A stretch of DNA of 64,000 nt, from the NCBI GenBank assembly GCA_964584895.1, contig CAZPAW010000001.1:270183-334182 (forward strand). The letters run 5' to 3'. Each line of letters opens with the position of its first letter. Position 1 is the stretch's first letter. Source of the stretch: an uncultured Candidatus Saccharibacteria bacterium (GTDB taxonomy: Bacteria; Patescibacteriota; Saccharimonadia; Saccharimonadales; JAGQNJ01). Positions 1-9,806 of this stretch are shown piece by piece. The position numbers and the translations under genes were made by a program. Under the pieces are notes generated by a model. The model was not told the DNA's origin. It did not search any database and saw only the letters and a list, made by a program, of their open reading frames with translations.

Positions 1-644
1 GTTGGGCATTGGTTGAGGGGGAGTGGGTAGCGACCGATAGGGTGACGCCTGATGAGCCAAATCTAGGACCTACGCAATTATTTATCGACAGCGGAGGCAA
101 AGGGGCAGTTACGCCGTGCCCTCCAGGAAAGTTTCGAAATCCTGAAACTAATCGTTGTAAGAATATTGTTACAGCCTCTAGTTTAGTGCCCTGTAATTCT
201 AACCAATATCGTAGCCCTGAAACGAATAGATGTCGTCTAAAAAGTACTGCAACTAGCACTCTGCAAGCTTGTAATAGTGACCAATATAGAAATCCTGAAA
301 CTAACAGATGCAAGAAAATCGCGGTATTATCCTCTTCGCTCAAGCCTTGTAATAGTGACCAATACCGTAATCCCGAGACTAACAGGTGTAAAAAGATCGA
401 TTCAGTAAATAGCTTAAAACCATGTGATAAAGGTCAAATACGTAATCCAAATACAAACAGATGTAGGAAGGTGGCTGGTGTCAATACGGCTGGGGGGCTG
501 AGCAGCGTCGCTACAGCAACCGCAAACCCAGTTAGTTATGGGGCTGTGGCTATAATTGGACTTGGTTTAGTCGGTTACGGTGTTTATGAATATAGATCAG
601 AAATAAAAAAATATTTAAACAGATTTTCGAAAAAATCTAAGTGA
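1..644 (+). CDS. Cys-repeat cell-surface protein, C-terminal fragment (5' end outside window)
   Basis: Reading frame is open to the window edge. Five repeats of C-x4-[FYI]-R-[NS]-P-[EN]-T-N-R-C spaced about 25 aa apart. C-terminal hydrophobic anchor VAIIGLGLVGYGV followed by a Lys-rich tail. Confidence 0.6.
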   Translation, partial: WALVEGEWVATDRVTPDEPNLGPTQLFIDSGGKGAVTPCPPGKFRNPETNRCKNIVTASSLVPCNSNQYRSPETNRCRLKSTATSTLQACNSDQYRNPETNRCKKIAVLSSSLKPCNSDQYRNPETNRCKKIDSVNSLKPCDKGQIRNPNTNRCRKVAGVNTAGGLSSVATATANPVSYGAVAIIGLGLVGYGVYEYRSEIKKYLNRFSKKSK

Positions 645-685
645 AAACAAGCTTAGAGTAATTAGTTTTGTTATTATCTAGATAG

Positions 686-1156
686 ATGAGAATATTAGGG
701 ATTGATCCAGGGACGGGAATTTTGGGATTTGGGGTTATTGATGTTGCAAAAAACTCTATGACGCTAGTTGACGCTGGGGTTATTAAAACGCCAGTCCATC
801 AAGCAGATTCGGATCGGCTAGAAACGATATTTAATGAACTGAGCGAGATTATTGCTGAATGCAAACCAACTGTTATGGCCGTCGAAAAGCTGTTTTTTGC
901 ACAGAACGTTACAACAGCTATGTCGGTATCGCAAGCTCGAGGGGTTGTACTACTACTAGGCAAGCAGCACAAGATGGAGCTACACGAGTATACCCCACAG
1001 CAAATTAAACAAGCATTGACAGGTTACGGTAAGGCCGAAAAAGCTCAGATCCAAGAAATGGTTCGGACAATTTTAAAATTGAAATCCATCCCTAAACCAG
1101 ATGATGCGGCAGATGCCCTAGCAGCAGCTATATGTTGCAGCATGAATATGCGATAA
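686..1156 (+). CDS. ruvC: Crossover junction endodeoxyribonuclease RuvC
   Basis: N-terminus MRILGIDPGTGILGFGVID and C-terminal DAADALAAAIC are typical of RuvC. Lies immediately upstream of ruvA and ruvB. Confidence 0.9.
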   Translation: MRILGIDPGTGILGFGVIDVAKNSMTLVDAGVIKTPVHQADSDRLETIFNELSEIIAECKPTVMAVEKLFFAQNVTTAMSVSQARGVVLLLGKQHKMELHEYTPQQIKQALTGYGKAEKAQIQEMVRTILKLKSIPKPDDAADALAAAICCSMNMR

Positions 1157-1167
1157 TAGTCTTACGT

Positions 1168-1749
1168 ATGATATCTACACTGAGTGGAATAGTGAGTGAA
1201 AAGTTTACAGATTCTATTGTGGTTGATGTGAACGGAGTTGGATATGGACTGTTTGTGACTGTAGATGATTACGCAAAACTGGCTTTAAATGAAAAGGCAA
1301 AATTGTATATTTACGAGCATATCCGAGAAGCATCACACGACCTTTTTGGATTTAGCAGGATTGAGACAAAACAACTTTTTGAGCAGTTACTGAGTGTTAA
1401 AAACGTTGGTCCAAAGGTTGCGCTGGCAGTTCTGGATATAGGATCTGGTGATTATGTGCGTTCAGCAATTGCATCGGGTGAAGTAAAGACACTTCAGACC
1501 GCCAAAGGCGTAGGCAAGCGCGCTGCCGAGCAAATAGTTGTTGAACTGCGTGATAAAGTAGGTATTGTTGCAGGGGCTGGGGCCGACGATATCATAAACC
1601 GAGGCAGTATAAATCAAAGCGACGAGGCAGTGCAGGCGCTGGTGGCACTGGGTTATCAAGAAGTAGATGCCCAACTAGCCCTGCAAAATATCGATAAAGA
1701 CTTATCGATTGAAGAACGCGTTAAACAAGCATTGAAGGGTAGTAGATGA
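1168..1749 (+). CDS. ruvA: Holliday junction DNA helicase subunit RuvA
   Basis: MISTLSGIV...VDVNGVGYGLFV N-terminal pattern and HhH-like GVGKRAAEQIV. Start moved to ATG 1168, just after the ruvC stop; the track ORF start at 1132 lies inside ruvC. Confidence 0.85.
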   Translation: MISTLSGIVSEKFTDSIVVDVNGVGYGLFVTVDDYAKLALNEKAKLYIYEHIREASHDLFGFSRIETKQLFEQLLSVKNVGPKVALAVLDIGSGDYVRSAIASGEVKTLQTAKGVGKRAAEQIVVELRDKVGIVAGAGADDIINRGSINQSDEAVQALVALGYQEVDAQLALQNIDKDLSIEERVKQALKGSR

Positions 1750-2303
1750 AAATTGATGGACTAAGTAGCAGCGTAGCAGACTACGAAGTTGCATTTAATA
1801 GTTTTGTGAACCAGTTTGATCTCCCGCAAAGTTTTTTTTCTAGTCCTGATCATGTTGCGATAAAATGCTCTGACGAGTTGGATTATTTAGATACTTGTGA
1901 AGAATTGCGTGAAATTGTGGATGATAATGGAATTTGGGAAATTGCGATGGATAGTAGGTTGTTGGCCTCAGCATGTTTACGAGACGGATTTTTATTACAG
2001 CTTGACAGTAGAGACACACTATTCCCTCGGGTTGAGATTATGCAACCTCGACCCGGTAAAGAACTCGATGCTGGTTTTGTTGAACATGTTGAGTTTACTG
2101 TTTTGGATATGTTCGCTGTTGCGCAGACACTTGATCGACAGGGTGTAGTATTTGAAGAACAAAAGAATCCTGGGCATAGTTGGCTGAATATAGTAATTGA
2201 TAATGGTGGAAGAGAAATTAAATTTAACGATAAATCTCTTGAAGCAATCGCAGATGAAGAGCGGTCTAAAGGATTACTCTACAAAATTAAAGGAGATAAA
2301 TAG
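1746..2303 (+). CDS. YecM-like VOC-fold protein embedded in the ruv operon
   Basis: Blocks PDHVAIKC, VEIMQPRPGKE..GFVEHVEF and EIKFNDKSLEAI resemble E. coli YecM as recalled from memory. ATGA overlap with the ruvA stop; ends 3 nt before ruvB. Confidence 0.55.
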   Translation: MKIDGLSSSVADYEVAFNSFVNQFDLPQSFFSSPDHVAIKCSDELDYLDTCEELREIVDDNGIWEIAMDSRLLASACLRDGFLLQLDSRDTLFPRVEIMQPRPGKELDAGFVEHVEFTVLDMFAVAQTLDRQGVVFEEQKNPGHSWLNIVIDNGGREIKFNDKSLEAIADEERSKGLLYKIKGDK

Positions 2304-2306
2304 TTA

Positions 2307-3338
2307 ATGGCGATTGAGAGAATAACACAACCAGACGAACCGGATGGTAAGGACGAGCAAGATCTAGAGGTAACTCTTCGGCCGAAAGATTTTGCTAATT
2401 ATATTGGTCAGGAGAGAATCAAGAAGAACCTACAATTATCTATTGATGCAGCCAAAAAACGCGGCGAGCCTGTTGACCATGTTTTGCTGTATGGGCCTCC
2501 AGGGCTTGGTAAAACAACCCTCGCTAGCGTGATTGCTAATGAGATGGGTGCGCAGATTAGAATCACTAGCGGTCCAGCAATTGAGCGGGCAGGGGATTTG
2601 GCTAGCCTACTCACCAATCTACAAGACGGTGACATATTATTTATTGACGAAATTCATCGACTGCATCGATCTGTAGAAGAAGTGCTGTACAGCGCAATGG
2701 AAGACTTTAAACTAGACATAATGCTAGGCAAGGGGCCAAGCGCCAAGAGTCTAAGACTGGACTTACCAAAGTTTACAATTATAGGCGCTACAACCAGAAC
2801 TGGTGCGCTGGCTGCGCCACTGCGCGATAGGTTCGGTATGATTCACCGCTTAGAATTCTACACACCTGAAGAAATCGCGCAGATTATAAAACGTTCGGCA
2901 GGGATACTAGGGGTGAAAATAGATCAGTCGGCGGCAATAGAGCTTGCCAAAAGGGCGCGATTAACACCAAGAATAGCCAACCGATTATTGAAGCGTGTTA
3001 GAGATTATGCTGATGTGAACGGTGATGGAACTATTGATAATCCTATTAGCTTGAAGGCACTGAAGTTATTAGAGATTGACGAGCTTGGTCTTGATCCATC
3101 GGACAGAAGATTGTTAATGGCGGTTATCGAGAATTACAATGGCGGGCCTGTTGGTCTAGAGACGCTAGCTGCCCTTACTAGCGAAGAAAGAACAACGATT
3201 GAAGATTTTCATGAACCGTATTTATTGCAGATTGGACTACTAGAGCGAACCCCGCGGGGAAGAAAAACAACACCAAAAACACACAAGCACCTAGGGGTCC
3301 ATATTAACGAAGTAGATGATCAGCAGAAACTGGTATAA
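2307..3338 (+). CDS. ruvB: Holliday junction DNA helicase RuvB
   Basis: [13 protein letters not shown], Walker [10 protein letters not shown], Walker B FIDEIHRL, and a winged-helix C-terminus. Confidence 0.95.
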   Translation: MAIERITQPDEPDGKDEQDLEVTLRPKDFANYIGQERIKKNLQLSIDAAKKRGEPVDHVLLYGPPGLGKTTLASVIANEMGAQIRITSGPAIERAGDLASLLTNLQDGDILFIDEIHRLHRSVEEVLYSAMEDFKLDIMLGKGPSAKSLRLDLPKFTIIGATTRTGALAAPLRDRFGMIHRLEFYTPEEIAQIIKRSAGILGVKIDQSAAIELAKRARLTPRIANRLLKRVRDYADVNGDGTIDNPISLKALKLLEIDELGLDPSDRRLLMAVIENYNGGPVGLETLAALTSEERTTIEDFHEPYLLQIGLLERTPRGRKTTPKTHKHLGVHINEVDDQQKLV

Positions 3339-3350
3339 TTATCTATATAG

Positions 3351-3947
3351 ATGGATAAAAAGATCGAACCACATAAACAGGGACTGAATCACCTGTCAAA
3401 TTTTGGAAAAAAATATTTTGATTTAATCGAATTTGACCCCGACGAACAATTATTAATAGAAATTAGAAAACATCCAATTGGCCTTACTTTTCTTTATATG
3501 ATTGGAGGCTTTATTGCGATAACAATATTTGCTGTCGTAACGGCACTAGCCACTAGTGGAGTTGTTGCAGGTTTTGGTTTAGACGGTTTTGAGCCATTCT
3601 TTGTCTTCTTTGGCTTTTTATTATCAATTTTCGTACTTATTGTTACATATATTAACGGCTATCTGTATAAGCATAATGTGATTTTTGTAACCAATGAAAA
3701 AATTGCACAGATTGTTAATATATCTATTTTTCATCGCAAAGTATCACAACTAAGCATAGGCGACACGCAAGATGTTTCTGTTGCCCAAAAGACATTCTTT
3801 GCCCGATCTTTTAATTACGGCACGCTAATAATTGAGACGGCAGGCGAACAACAAAACTACACATTTAACTATGTGCCAAACCCTTATAAAGCATCAAAAG
3901 TAATTATTAATGCACACGAAGAGAACCTGAAAAAATACGGAAATTAG
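3351..3947 (+). CDS. Membrane protein with bacterial PH (bPH_2/YdbT-like) domain
   Basis: Two central TM helices followed by FVTNEKIAQIV....GTLIIETAG, as in DUF304/bPH_2 proteins (family assignment from memory). Confidence 0.55.
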   Translation: MDKKIEPHKQGLNHLSNFGKKYFDLIEFDPDEQLLIEIRKHPIGLTFLYMIGGFIAITIFAVVTALATSGVVAGFGLDGFEPFFVFFGFLLSIFVLIVTYINGYLYKHNVIFVTNEKIAQIVNISIFHRKVSQLSIGDTQDVSVAQKTFFARSFNYGTLIIETAGEQQNYTFNYVPNPYKASKVIINAHEENLKKYGN

Positions 3948-3950
3948 CCC

Positions 3951-4250
3951 TTACTCTGTAAATGGGTTTTGGCGTGCCTCTTCAAATAGCGCCTTAACTT
4001 GCACGCTATTATCTTCTAATTCGCTGATACGTTGGATTGCTTCTTCATCTACTTTTGGGATGTTAATGGTTTTTAATTGTTCAGCAACTTTTGTTTCAGA
4101 AGGATTTTCGGTTACGAATACTTTAATTTGCCAAATCAAGAACCCGTAACTTACGAGAATTGCTAGCACCAAAAAGAATCCAATATAGGATTTTACGATA
4201 TCTTTGAGTTTATTGAGTTGAGCTGGTATTTTGTTTAAATCTAAATTCAT
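3951..4250 (-). CDS. Small single-TM protein, last gene of the pilMNO cluster
   Basis: 99 aa with one TM (FFLVLAILVSYGFLIW). 4-nt overlap with the upstream pilO-like gene. Confidence 0.4.
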   Translation of the reverse strand: MNLDLNKIPAQLNKLKDIVKSYIGFFLVLAILVSYGFLIWQIKVFVTENPSETKVAEQLKTINIPKVDEEAIQRISELEDNSVQVKALFEEARQNPFTE

Positions 4251-4909
4251 GATGGCTTTACGAATATATTAATTGTTAACGAAAATTTTAAATATGGAGT
4301 CCCTGCTATTGGGTCGATTCTAAGTTGAGTAACTTGGGCGGTTCGTCGATTATTTTCAAGTGATTTTAAGAAATTAAGTAGTTGCGGATAAGTAACGCTC
4401 GACGAATCTTCGGAGGTATCTTGTACTATGTTCATTTCTAGTGAATATACTCCAGTGACTCCTTTAACAGGGACGGCTTGGGTTATTGGAGATTTTTTAG
4501 TTTGCGAGTCTGAGCTGGATTTAGATTTTGGAGCATCGGGATTTTGATTGGTTGATGTAGAAGCCGAGCTACCTCCGAGCTCAGAACTAGGAAATCCTAT
4601 ACTCTCCACTGTTATGCCATTTTTTGTGGCGATATTAATAATTTCTCTAACAGCCTTTGCCTGATCTTTGTCTTGAGGGACAACGGCTTTTGCTATTTGC
4701 TCAAAGTTTTGATATTTTTCGATGTCTCTTTTTGCTTTGGTTAAAGCAGCTTGTTGTTCATTTAGTAGTCGATTTTTTAGTTTTAGATCGAGCAGTGAGT
4801 TAGCACTATTTTTTAGTATTGAATTTCCGAATACAACTAAACCAAAAAATACCAATATGCTAAATGAAAATAGTCCTAGCATCGACCAATATATCTTTTT
4901 GCTATTCAT
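4247..4909 (-). CDS. PilO-like type IV pilus assembly protein
   Basis: N-terminal TM plus a coiled-coil segment (LKLKNRLLNEQQAALTKAKRDIEKYQ). Position directly after pilN, with a 4-nt overlap. Confidence 0.5.
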   Translation of the reverse strand: MNSKKIYWSMLGLFSFSILVFFGLVVFGNSILKNSANSLLDLKLKNRLLNEQQAALTKAKRDIEKYQNFEQIAKAVVPQDKDQAKAVREIINIATKNGITVESIGFPSSELGGSSASTSTNQNPDAPKSKSSSDSQTKKSPITQAVPVKGVTGVYSLEMNIVQDTSEDSSSVTYPQLLNFLKSLENNRRTAQVTQLRIDPIAGTPYLKFSLTINIFVKPS

Positions 4910-5508
4910 GATTCTGTCTCAGTCCTATCTGTATCGCTAATGAATAAATATGGGCTATTATCACCAAATAGAGCTCGTAGGGTGACCGTGCATGGGTATC
5001 CATCATCCGTTAGTTTATTACAATTAATTGAGAGGATGTCGACTTTTTCAAACACTTTATTTGCCGGATCCTGGAGATTGACTTGTACCTGAGTTGCTGA
5101 TTTATAGTCTTTTGCTTTTGCCGACAGATCAATTCCACCTTCAACTTTAGAAATTTCTAAATTCGACAATACGGTTTCTGGCGGCATGACTGCACCAGCT
5201 TGTTTTAGTAGCTTAGAAAATAATATTGAGTTTTGTAAGACTTTTTCTATTAAGGATACATTATTTGAGAGGTCAGTGATTTTCTTTTGGGTGTCTGATA
5301 GTTTTTCTGATTTTAACGTTTGTTCTGTTGATGCAATTTGTTTGGCGTAACTGTTGGAGGTTGATTTTATGTAGAGTTGACCAGCAAATATTATGGCAAC
5401 AGCGACTAGGCTAGCTAAAAACATTAAAAAACACCATTTTAGTAGCTGGGTATTTTTTCGAGCATAGATTATTTCATTTTTTTGGTTTGGAGGTAAAAGA
5501 TTAATCAT
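4906..5508 (-). CDS. pilN: PilN-like type IV pilus assembly protein
   Basis: N-terminal MINLLPP motif (the PilM-binding INLLP signature) followed by a single TM. 4-nt overlap with pilM. Confidence 0.65.
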   Translation of the reverse strand: MINLLPPNQKNEIIYARKNTQLLKWCFLMFLASLVAVAIIFAGQLYIKSTSNSYAKQIASTEQTLKSEKLSDTQKKITDLSNNVSLIEKVLQNSILFSKLLKQAGAVMPPETVLSNLEISKVEGGIDLSAKAKDYKSATQVQVNLQDPANKVFEKVDILSINCNKLTDDGYPCTVTLRALFGDNSPYLFISDTDRTETES

Positions 5509-6566
5509 GCGAATATATCCTGTGGGTTAATTAGTCCTAGGCTAGCAGCCGTAATATACATAGATCTTTCAGCTCCATTCGGCTCTTTAATGTGTTTAAA
5601 CAGTATATGATTCCATGGATCACAGGCTCTTACAGGTATTCTAAGAGCGTTGATTAAGTATTCGCTCAAACCCGGCACGTTTGCGCCTCCACCGAAAGTA
5701 ACGACTTGTTCAATCTTTTTATGAGGTTCACTTCGTTCTTCATAATACCTAATCATTCGTTTTATCTCTTTAAGGGTTTGCTGGAGTATAGGAGCCACGG
5801 CTTCTACGATTTCAGCTTGTTTTTTACTTGCGCCTAAGCCGTATTTAACTTTTATTAAGTGGCCTTCTTCTTTCGTAACGCCTAATTTTGATGCAATCAG
5901 TTGAGTAAAGTCATCTCCTCCGCCAGGAACAGTACCAGTCACAGCCATAGATTTATCATATACGGTTATATCCGCAGAGACGGACCCAAAGTCTATCAAA
6001 ACCGAAGGCACGTCGTGTTGATCTGTATTGCGAAATAGTCTGTCGGTCGATCCCGTGGTCGTCTCCATGACTACGGTTTCTAGGCCAAGCATTCTTGCCA
6101 GCTGTAGATATGAATTAACAATCTTTTTAGGCACAGCTACTGCAAGAACATCAATATTATTGGCTGTTTGTTTGATGATAGTAAAGTCTAAATAAAGATC
6201 CGCAATCGGTACAGGTATGTATTGTTCTGCCTCTAGTTTCACAGCCTCAATTAAATCTTTTTTGTCTAACTTTGGGAGATGTAGGATCCTGCTGAACGTT
6301 CTAGCAGCTGGCACAGAGAAAGCGACTCTTTTTGTATTAATTTCTCCAACCAAGTCATTATTAAATAGATGTTGTACTGCCTTAGCTACGGCTTCATGGT
6401 CGACAATCATTCCCTTGTCGATAGCTTTTTCGTTGAAATTCGCTACTCCGTATCCAACAACATGATGAACTTTGTCGTGTTGTTCTAGTTGCATAACTTT
6501 TATGCTGTTAAACCCAATGTCGAATCCAAAAATTGGTTTGTCTTTATAAAAATATGAATTTTGCAT
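5505..6566 (-). CDS. pilM: Type IV pilus assembly ATPase-fold protein PilM
   Basis: Actin/FtsA-like fold pattern: FGFDIGFNSIKVMQL, IDFGSVSADITV, FGGGANVPGL. Confidence 0.85.
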   Translation of the reverse strand: MQNSYFYKDKPIFGFDIGFNSIKVMQLEQHDKVHHVVGYGVANFNEKAIDKGMIVDHEAVAKAVQHLFNNDLVGEINTKRVAFSVPAARTFSRILHLPKLDKKDLIEAVKLEAEQYIPVPIADLYLDFTIIKQTANNIDVLAVAVPKKIVNSYLQLARMLGLETVVMETTTGSTDRLFRNTDQHDVPSVLIDFGSVSADITVYDKSMAVTGTVPGGGDDFTQLIASKLGVTKEEGHLIKVKYGLGASKKQAEIVEAVAPILQQTLKEIKRMIRYYEERSEPHKKIEQVVTFGGGANVPGLSEYLINALRIPVRACDPWNHILFKHIKEPNGAERSMYITAASLGLINPQDIFA

Positions 6567-6664
6567 AATTGTTTTTTAATAAAAGCATAAGTACTTACAA
6601 TTATTATAACAAATAGAAGTGTTTTTACAGATTTATTAGCAATTTATATACAGCAGACTACATA

Positions 6665-8029
6665 CTAATTAAAAATTCGATTTACTCTATCGATGACCCA
6701 ATAACTTGTGCTTTCGCCAGCCGAAGTTCCAAAAGTAATGGTTGCGCTATTTGTTAATTGGACAGTTTGCCCGACCAAGGCACCAATTTGACCGCTATTA
6801 GATACACTAACCCTCGACCATTTTGCATATAGAATTGATTGGGCTGCATTGGCAGAGTTATTCATTTGTATAGTGGAAACATCACGTGAATTGCTAAGAT
6901 CTACCCCCGATACATCTGCGCAGTCAGGTGAGCAGCTAGCACTACTCCAATAAGTAATAAATCTGAAGCCAGTGTTATTAGTGTTGGCGACGATCTCAGA
7001 TGCATTATTGAAAGAAATAGATGTGCCTGATCCATCGACCATAATAGTTGGCCTTGTAGTCCCTAGACTGTTGCTAACAATAATCTGAGCCTGATTGCTT
7101 AAAGTGAGTCTTCCTGTTATCCATACATTACCAGATACAGTCACCTTACAGTTATTACTAATATTTACATTTCCAGTAATTTTTAGGTTAGCTGGCCAAG
7201 TTTTAACAGTGTTAGATGAACATGATGCAGTTGAACCAGTTTGATTATTAGCAATAGCTGCTTTTTGTGCATCTCGATCATAGCTCGGTAGCGGTTGTGG
7301 GTCTACTCCAGATGAAGCCGTTAATCCAGGACTAGTCATACCTGCGCCATTTGTTTGGTTATTGGCTTTTACATCGCCGTAAATACGAGCACTGTTACTT
7401 ATCGATATTGGTTGACCGTTTTCTCCTTGGTTGCATAATCTAGGGAATTCAGTAGTTGCCGGGTTCGGACAATTTTGGTGGGCAACATTTAGTATGACAG
7501 GCGAAGTACTTAGACCGATTTGGGCCGTATTTGATAGCTGAATTTCTCCGTTTACTTGAACATTGCCTCCAAGAATTTTAGAACTATTCGACATATAAAG
7601 ACCACCGACTCCCGTAACAACACTGAACCCTCCCGAATCAACTTTTCTCATATTAGCCGATAATTTTATTGATGATTTTGGTGTCGTGCTATTAATCGGC
7701 TTGTATGTTTTGCCCTCGGAGACAATAGTTTTGTCTTCGCCATTAGTTGTCACAGTTAATGAATAGGTAGTTTTTATGTTGCCATCGTTATGTAGTTCTA
7801 TCTCACCATCGGTGCCGTCCCAATCTTCTTCTTGATTTATGAGATACGACCCCATATCTAGGCCTGCATCTGCGGCAAATTGTGAGTGAGAGTGAAACTG
7901 ATCCTTTTGCGCGATTCTTAGACTATTTGTAGATAAGCCCAAATATGCGGCGGTTACGAATAATATAACCGGGAGTATTATTAATAATCCGATCAATACT
8001 GAGCCTCTTTGGTTGTTTGTTATTTTCAT
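6665..8029 (-). CDS. Large pilus-associated protein with PilX_N-like N-terminus and repetitive beta-rich body
   Basis: N-terminus NNQRGSVLIGLLIILPVILFV resembles the PilX N-terminal domain. Remaining ~400 aa are Asn/Ser/Gly/Thr-rich. 4-nt overlap with the upstream minor pilin gene. Confidence 0.5.
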   Translation of the reverse strand: MKITNNQRGSVLIGLLIILPVILFVTAAYLGLSTNSLRIAQKDQFHSHSQFAADAGLDMGSYLINQEEDWDGTDGEIELHNDGNIKTTYSLTVTTNGEDKTIVSEGKTYKPINSTTPKSSIKLSANMRKVDSGGFSVVTGVGGLYMSNSSKILGGNVQVNGEIQLSNTAQIGLSTSPVILNVAHQNCPNPATTEFPRLCNQGENGQPISISNSARIYGDVKANNQTNGAGMTSPGLTASSGVDPQPLPSYDRDAQKAAIANNQTGSTASCSSNTVKTWPANLKITGNVNISNNCKVTVSGNVWITGRLTLSNQAQIIVSNSLGTTRPTIMVDGSGTSISFNNASEIVANTNNTGFRFITYWSSASCSPDCADVSGVDLSNSRDVSTIQMNNSANAAQSILYAKWSRVSVSNSGQIGALVGQTVQLTNSATITFGTSAGESTSYWVIDRVNRIFN

Positions 8030-8718
8030 TCGTAATTATTCCTTAATGTAACTCTAATAGAATTATCTAAACTCTGTGGTTGTCCGTAAGTATCGCGCTC
8101 CATCTTGAGTGTAATATTTATTGAACGGGCAAGTAATGGATTGGTTGTCGGGATGTTATCTTGATCAAATAAACTAAAAACCATATCTTTAACGCTTTCA
8201 GCCAACAGCCGATCAGCTGGGCAAGTAGTGCTGGCTATATTAGTCGGGCAACTTGTGGATGCACTATTATTTTCTGCACTCGGGTTAGCCAACGTTCTTT
8301 TGAAAAGATTTCCACCGTCTTTGAAATACACCAATTCATTATTGTAGGGTTGTCCGGTGACTGGGTCGATAATAAATTCATTATCAGAATTTTTTGCTGG
8401 CACCGCAATAACAATTACAAACTCATCATTATTAGTGTTCCATCCCTCGGACGGAGCGTTTGGATCGTTAATTGTATTACTTTGTCTGACGCCTGCACCG
8501 TATCTTAATTCTTCGACTGTACTTCGGAGTAGATTTTGAGATTCTATTGTCATATTGATGAATACGTTATTTCTGGTCATATTAGCTAAATAAAATACCA
8601 TTGCTCCAACTAAGCCTGTTAATGCGATACCTATAACTGTAATGCTAATCAGTAGCTCGACAACAGTAAAGCCTCTATTATTATCGATGGGGGATAGTGG
8701 TTTAGTATTGGCCAACAC
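8026..8718 (-). CDS. Minor (pseudo)pilin with prepilin N-terminal methylation motif
   Basis: NNRG-FTVVELLISITVIGIAL is a class III signal with Glu5. Confidence 0.7.
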   Translation of the reverse strand: MLANTKPLSPIDNNRGFTVVELLISITVIGIALTGLVGAMVFYLANMTRNNVFINMTIESQNLLRSTVEELRYGAGVRQSNTINDPNAPSEGWNTNNDEFVIVIAVPAKNSDNEFIIDPVTGQPYNNELVYFKDGGNLFKRTLANPSAENNSASTSCPTNIASTTCPADRLLAESVKDMVFSLFDQDNIPTTNPLLARSINITLKMERDTYGQPQSLDNSIRVTLRNNYE

Positions 8719-9133
8719 CTAATTCTCCTATATATGATGTGTAACTAATGTTTTGGTCCTGTCCTTGCTGAGTATAATAAACATTAATCACAATTTTTTT
8801 TGTGGCCGAATTAACTTCGCTAATATTTAAGGATGCAGATCTAGGGGTTCCTAATTCTGAAGGCAGTTCGTTACTAATATCCGTCCCTCCATTGCTTAAA
8901 CCCAAGAAACCTTTACTGCGCAAGGATTCAATTTTAGTTTCAACAAATGAATTTACTACCGATGTATCTCTACCTCTTTGATTTATGTATATTTGGGTTG
9001 TGTATATAGTATTAAAAGCAAAGATAAACAGAGCAACTGCCATAATTGAAATTATGACCTCTACTAGGGTAAAACCTAATTCATCATTTTTATCTTCAGT
9101 CATTATACTCATGCTTACTCTATACTTTATCAT
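8702..9133 (-). CDS. Minor (pseudo)pilin with prepilin N-terminal methylation motif
   Basis: DELG-FTLVEVIISIMAVALFI. Start uncertain (ATG at 9133, 9112 or 9103). Confidence 0.6.
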   Translation of the reverse strand: MIKYRVSMSIMTEDKNDELGFTLVEVIISIMAVALFIFAFNTIYTTQIYINQRGRDTSVVNSFVETKIESLRSKGFLGLSNGGTDISNELPSELGTPRSASLNISEVNSATKKIVINVYYTQQGQDQNISYTSYIGELGVGQY

Positions 9134-9147
9134 CTTTGGCGATTGAT

Positions 9148-9178
9148 AAAAAAATAGACCCCGGATTATGGGGTCTAT
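9148..9178 (-). terminator. Intrinsic terminator downstream of pilA
   Basis: On the minus strand, a 9-bp stem ATAGACCCC/GGGGTCTAT with a 7-nt loop, followed by T7. Confidence 0.65.
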
Positions 9179-9201
9179 TTCTAGCTGTTAACTATATTTT
9201 A

Positions 9202-9663
9202 TTAGTTTAAGCTACTTTTTACGTAGGTGCCTGTTCCTTCGTATGTTGCTGTTAGTGTGTATTTTGTACAAGCAGTTGCAGTTGCAGCGTTATCACAAGC
9301 ATCACCGTCTTCGGTTGTTACGGCGTAAGCGTAAGAACCGGCAACTGGTGCAGCAACAAGTGTCTGAACGTCTGGGTTAGATGGGTCTGAAAGTGCCCCA
9401 GCATCTAATCCTTGCAAGTTATCTGAACGGAAGGTAGCATCGTTCATGTTAGCAAGAGTAGGATACTCGTCGTTTTGACCATAGTAGTATTCAACTTGAC
9501 CTTGAATTGCATTGATATCAGCTTCTCTTGCTCTATTTCGAGCATTTCTTTGTATACCGCTGAAAGTTGTTATTACTAGTGTCGCTAGTATTCCAATTAC
9601 GATAATGACAATCAATAATTCAATGATTGTGAAACCGCTTTGTTTACGTTTAAGTGAAGTCAT
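9202..9663 (-). CDS. pilA: Major type IV pilin
   Basis: KRKQSG-FTIIELLIVIIVIGILA prepilin motif. 153 aa with a C-terminal Cys pair (GDACDNAATATAC). SD AAGGAGGGTGG upstream and its own terminator. Looks GC-richer than its neighbours. Confidence 0.85.
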   Translation of the reverse strand: MTSLKRKQSGFTIIELLIVIIVIGILATLVITTFSGIQRNARNRAREADINAIQGQVEYYYGQNDEYPTLANMNDATFRSDNLQGLDAGALSDPSNPDVQTLVAAPVAGSYAYAVTTEDGDACDNAATATACTKYTLTATYEGTGTYVKSSLN

Positions 9664-9806
9664 CTGGACCCACCCTCCTTATGATTATTTTTTTATTGTT
9701 GATAAGCGTAGGTTATATTGGGTAACAACCAATAACAGGCCTAACTAACCATAATTATAAACATAAGCGAGTACACGTCAAGTAGTTTTATGAGAGTTAT
9801 CCACTA

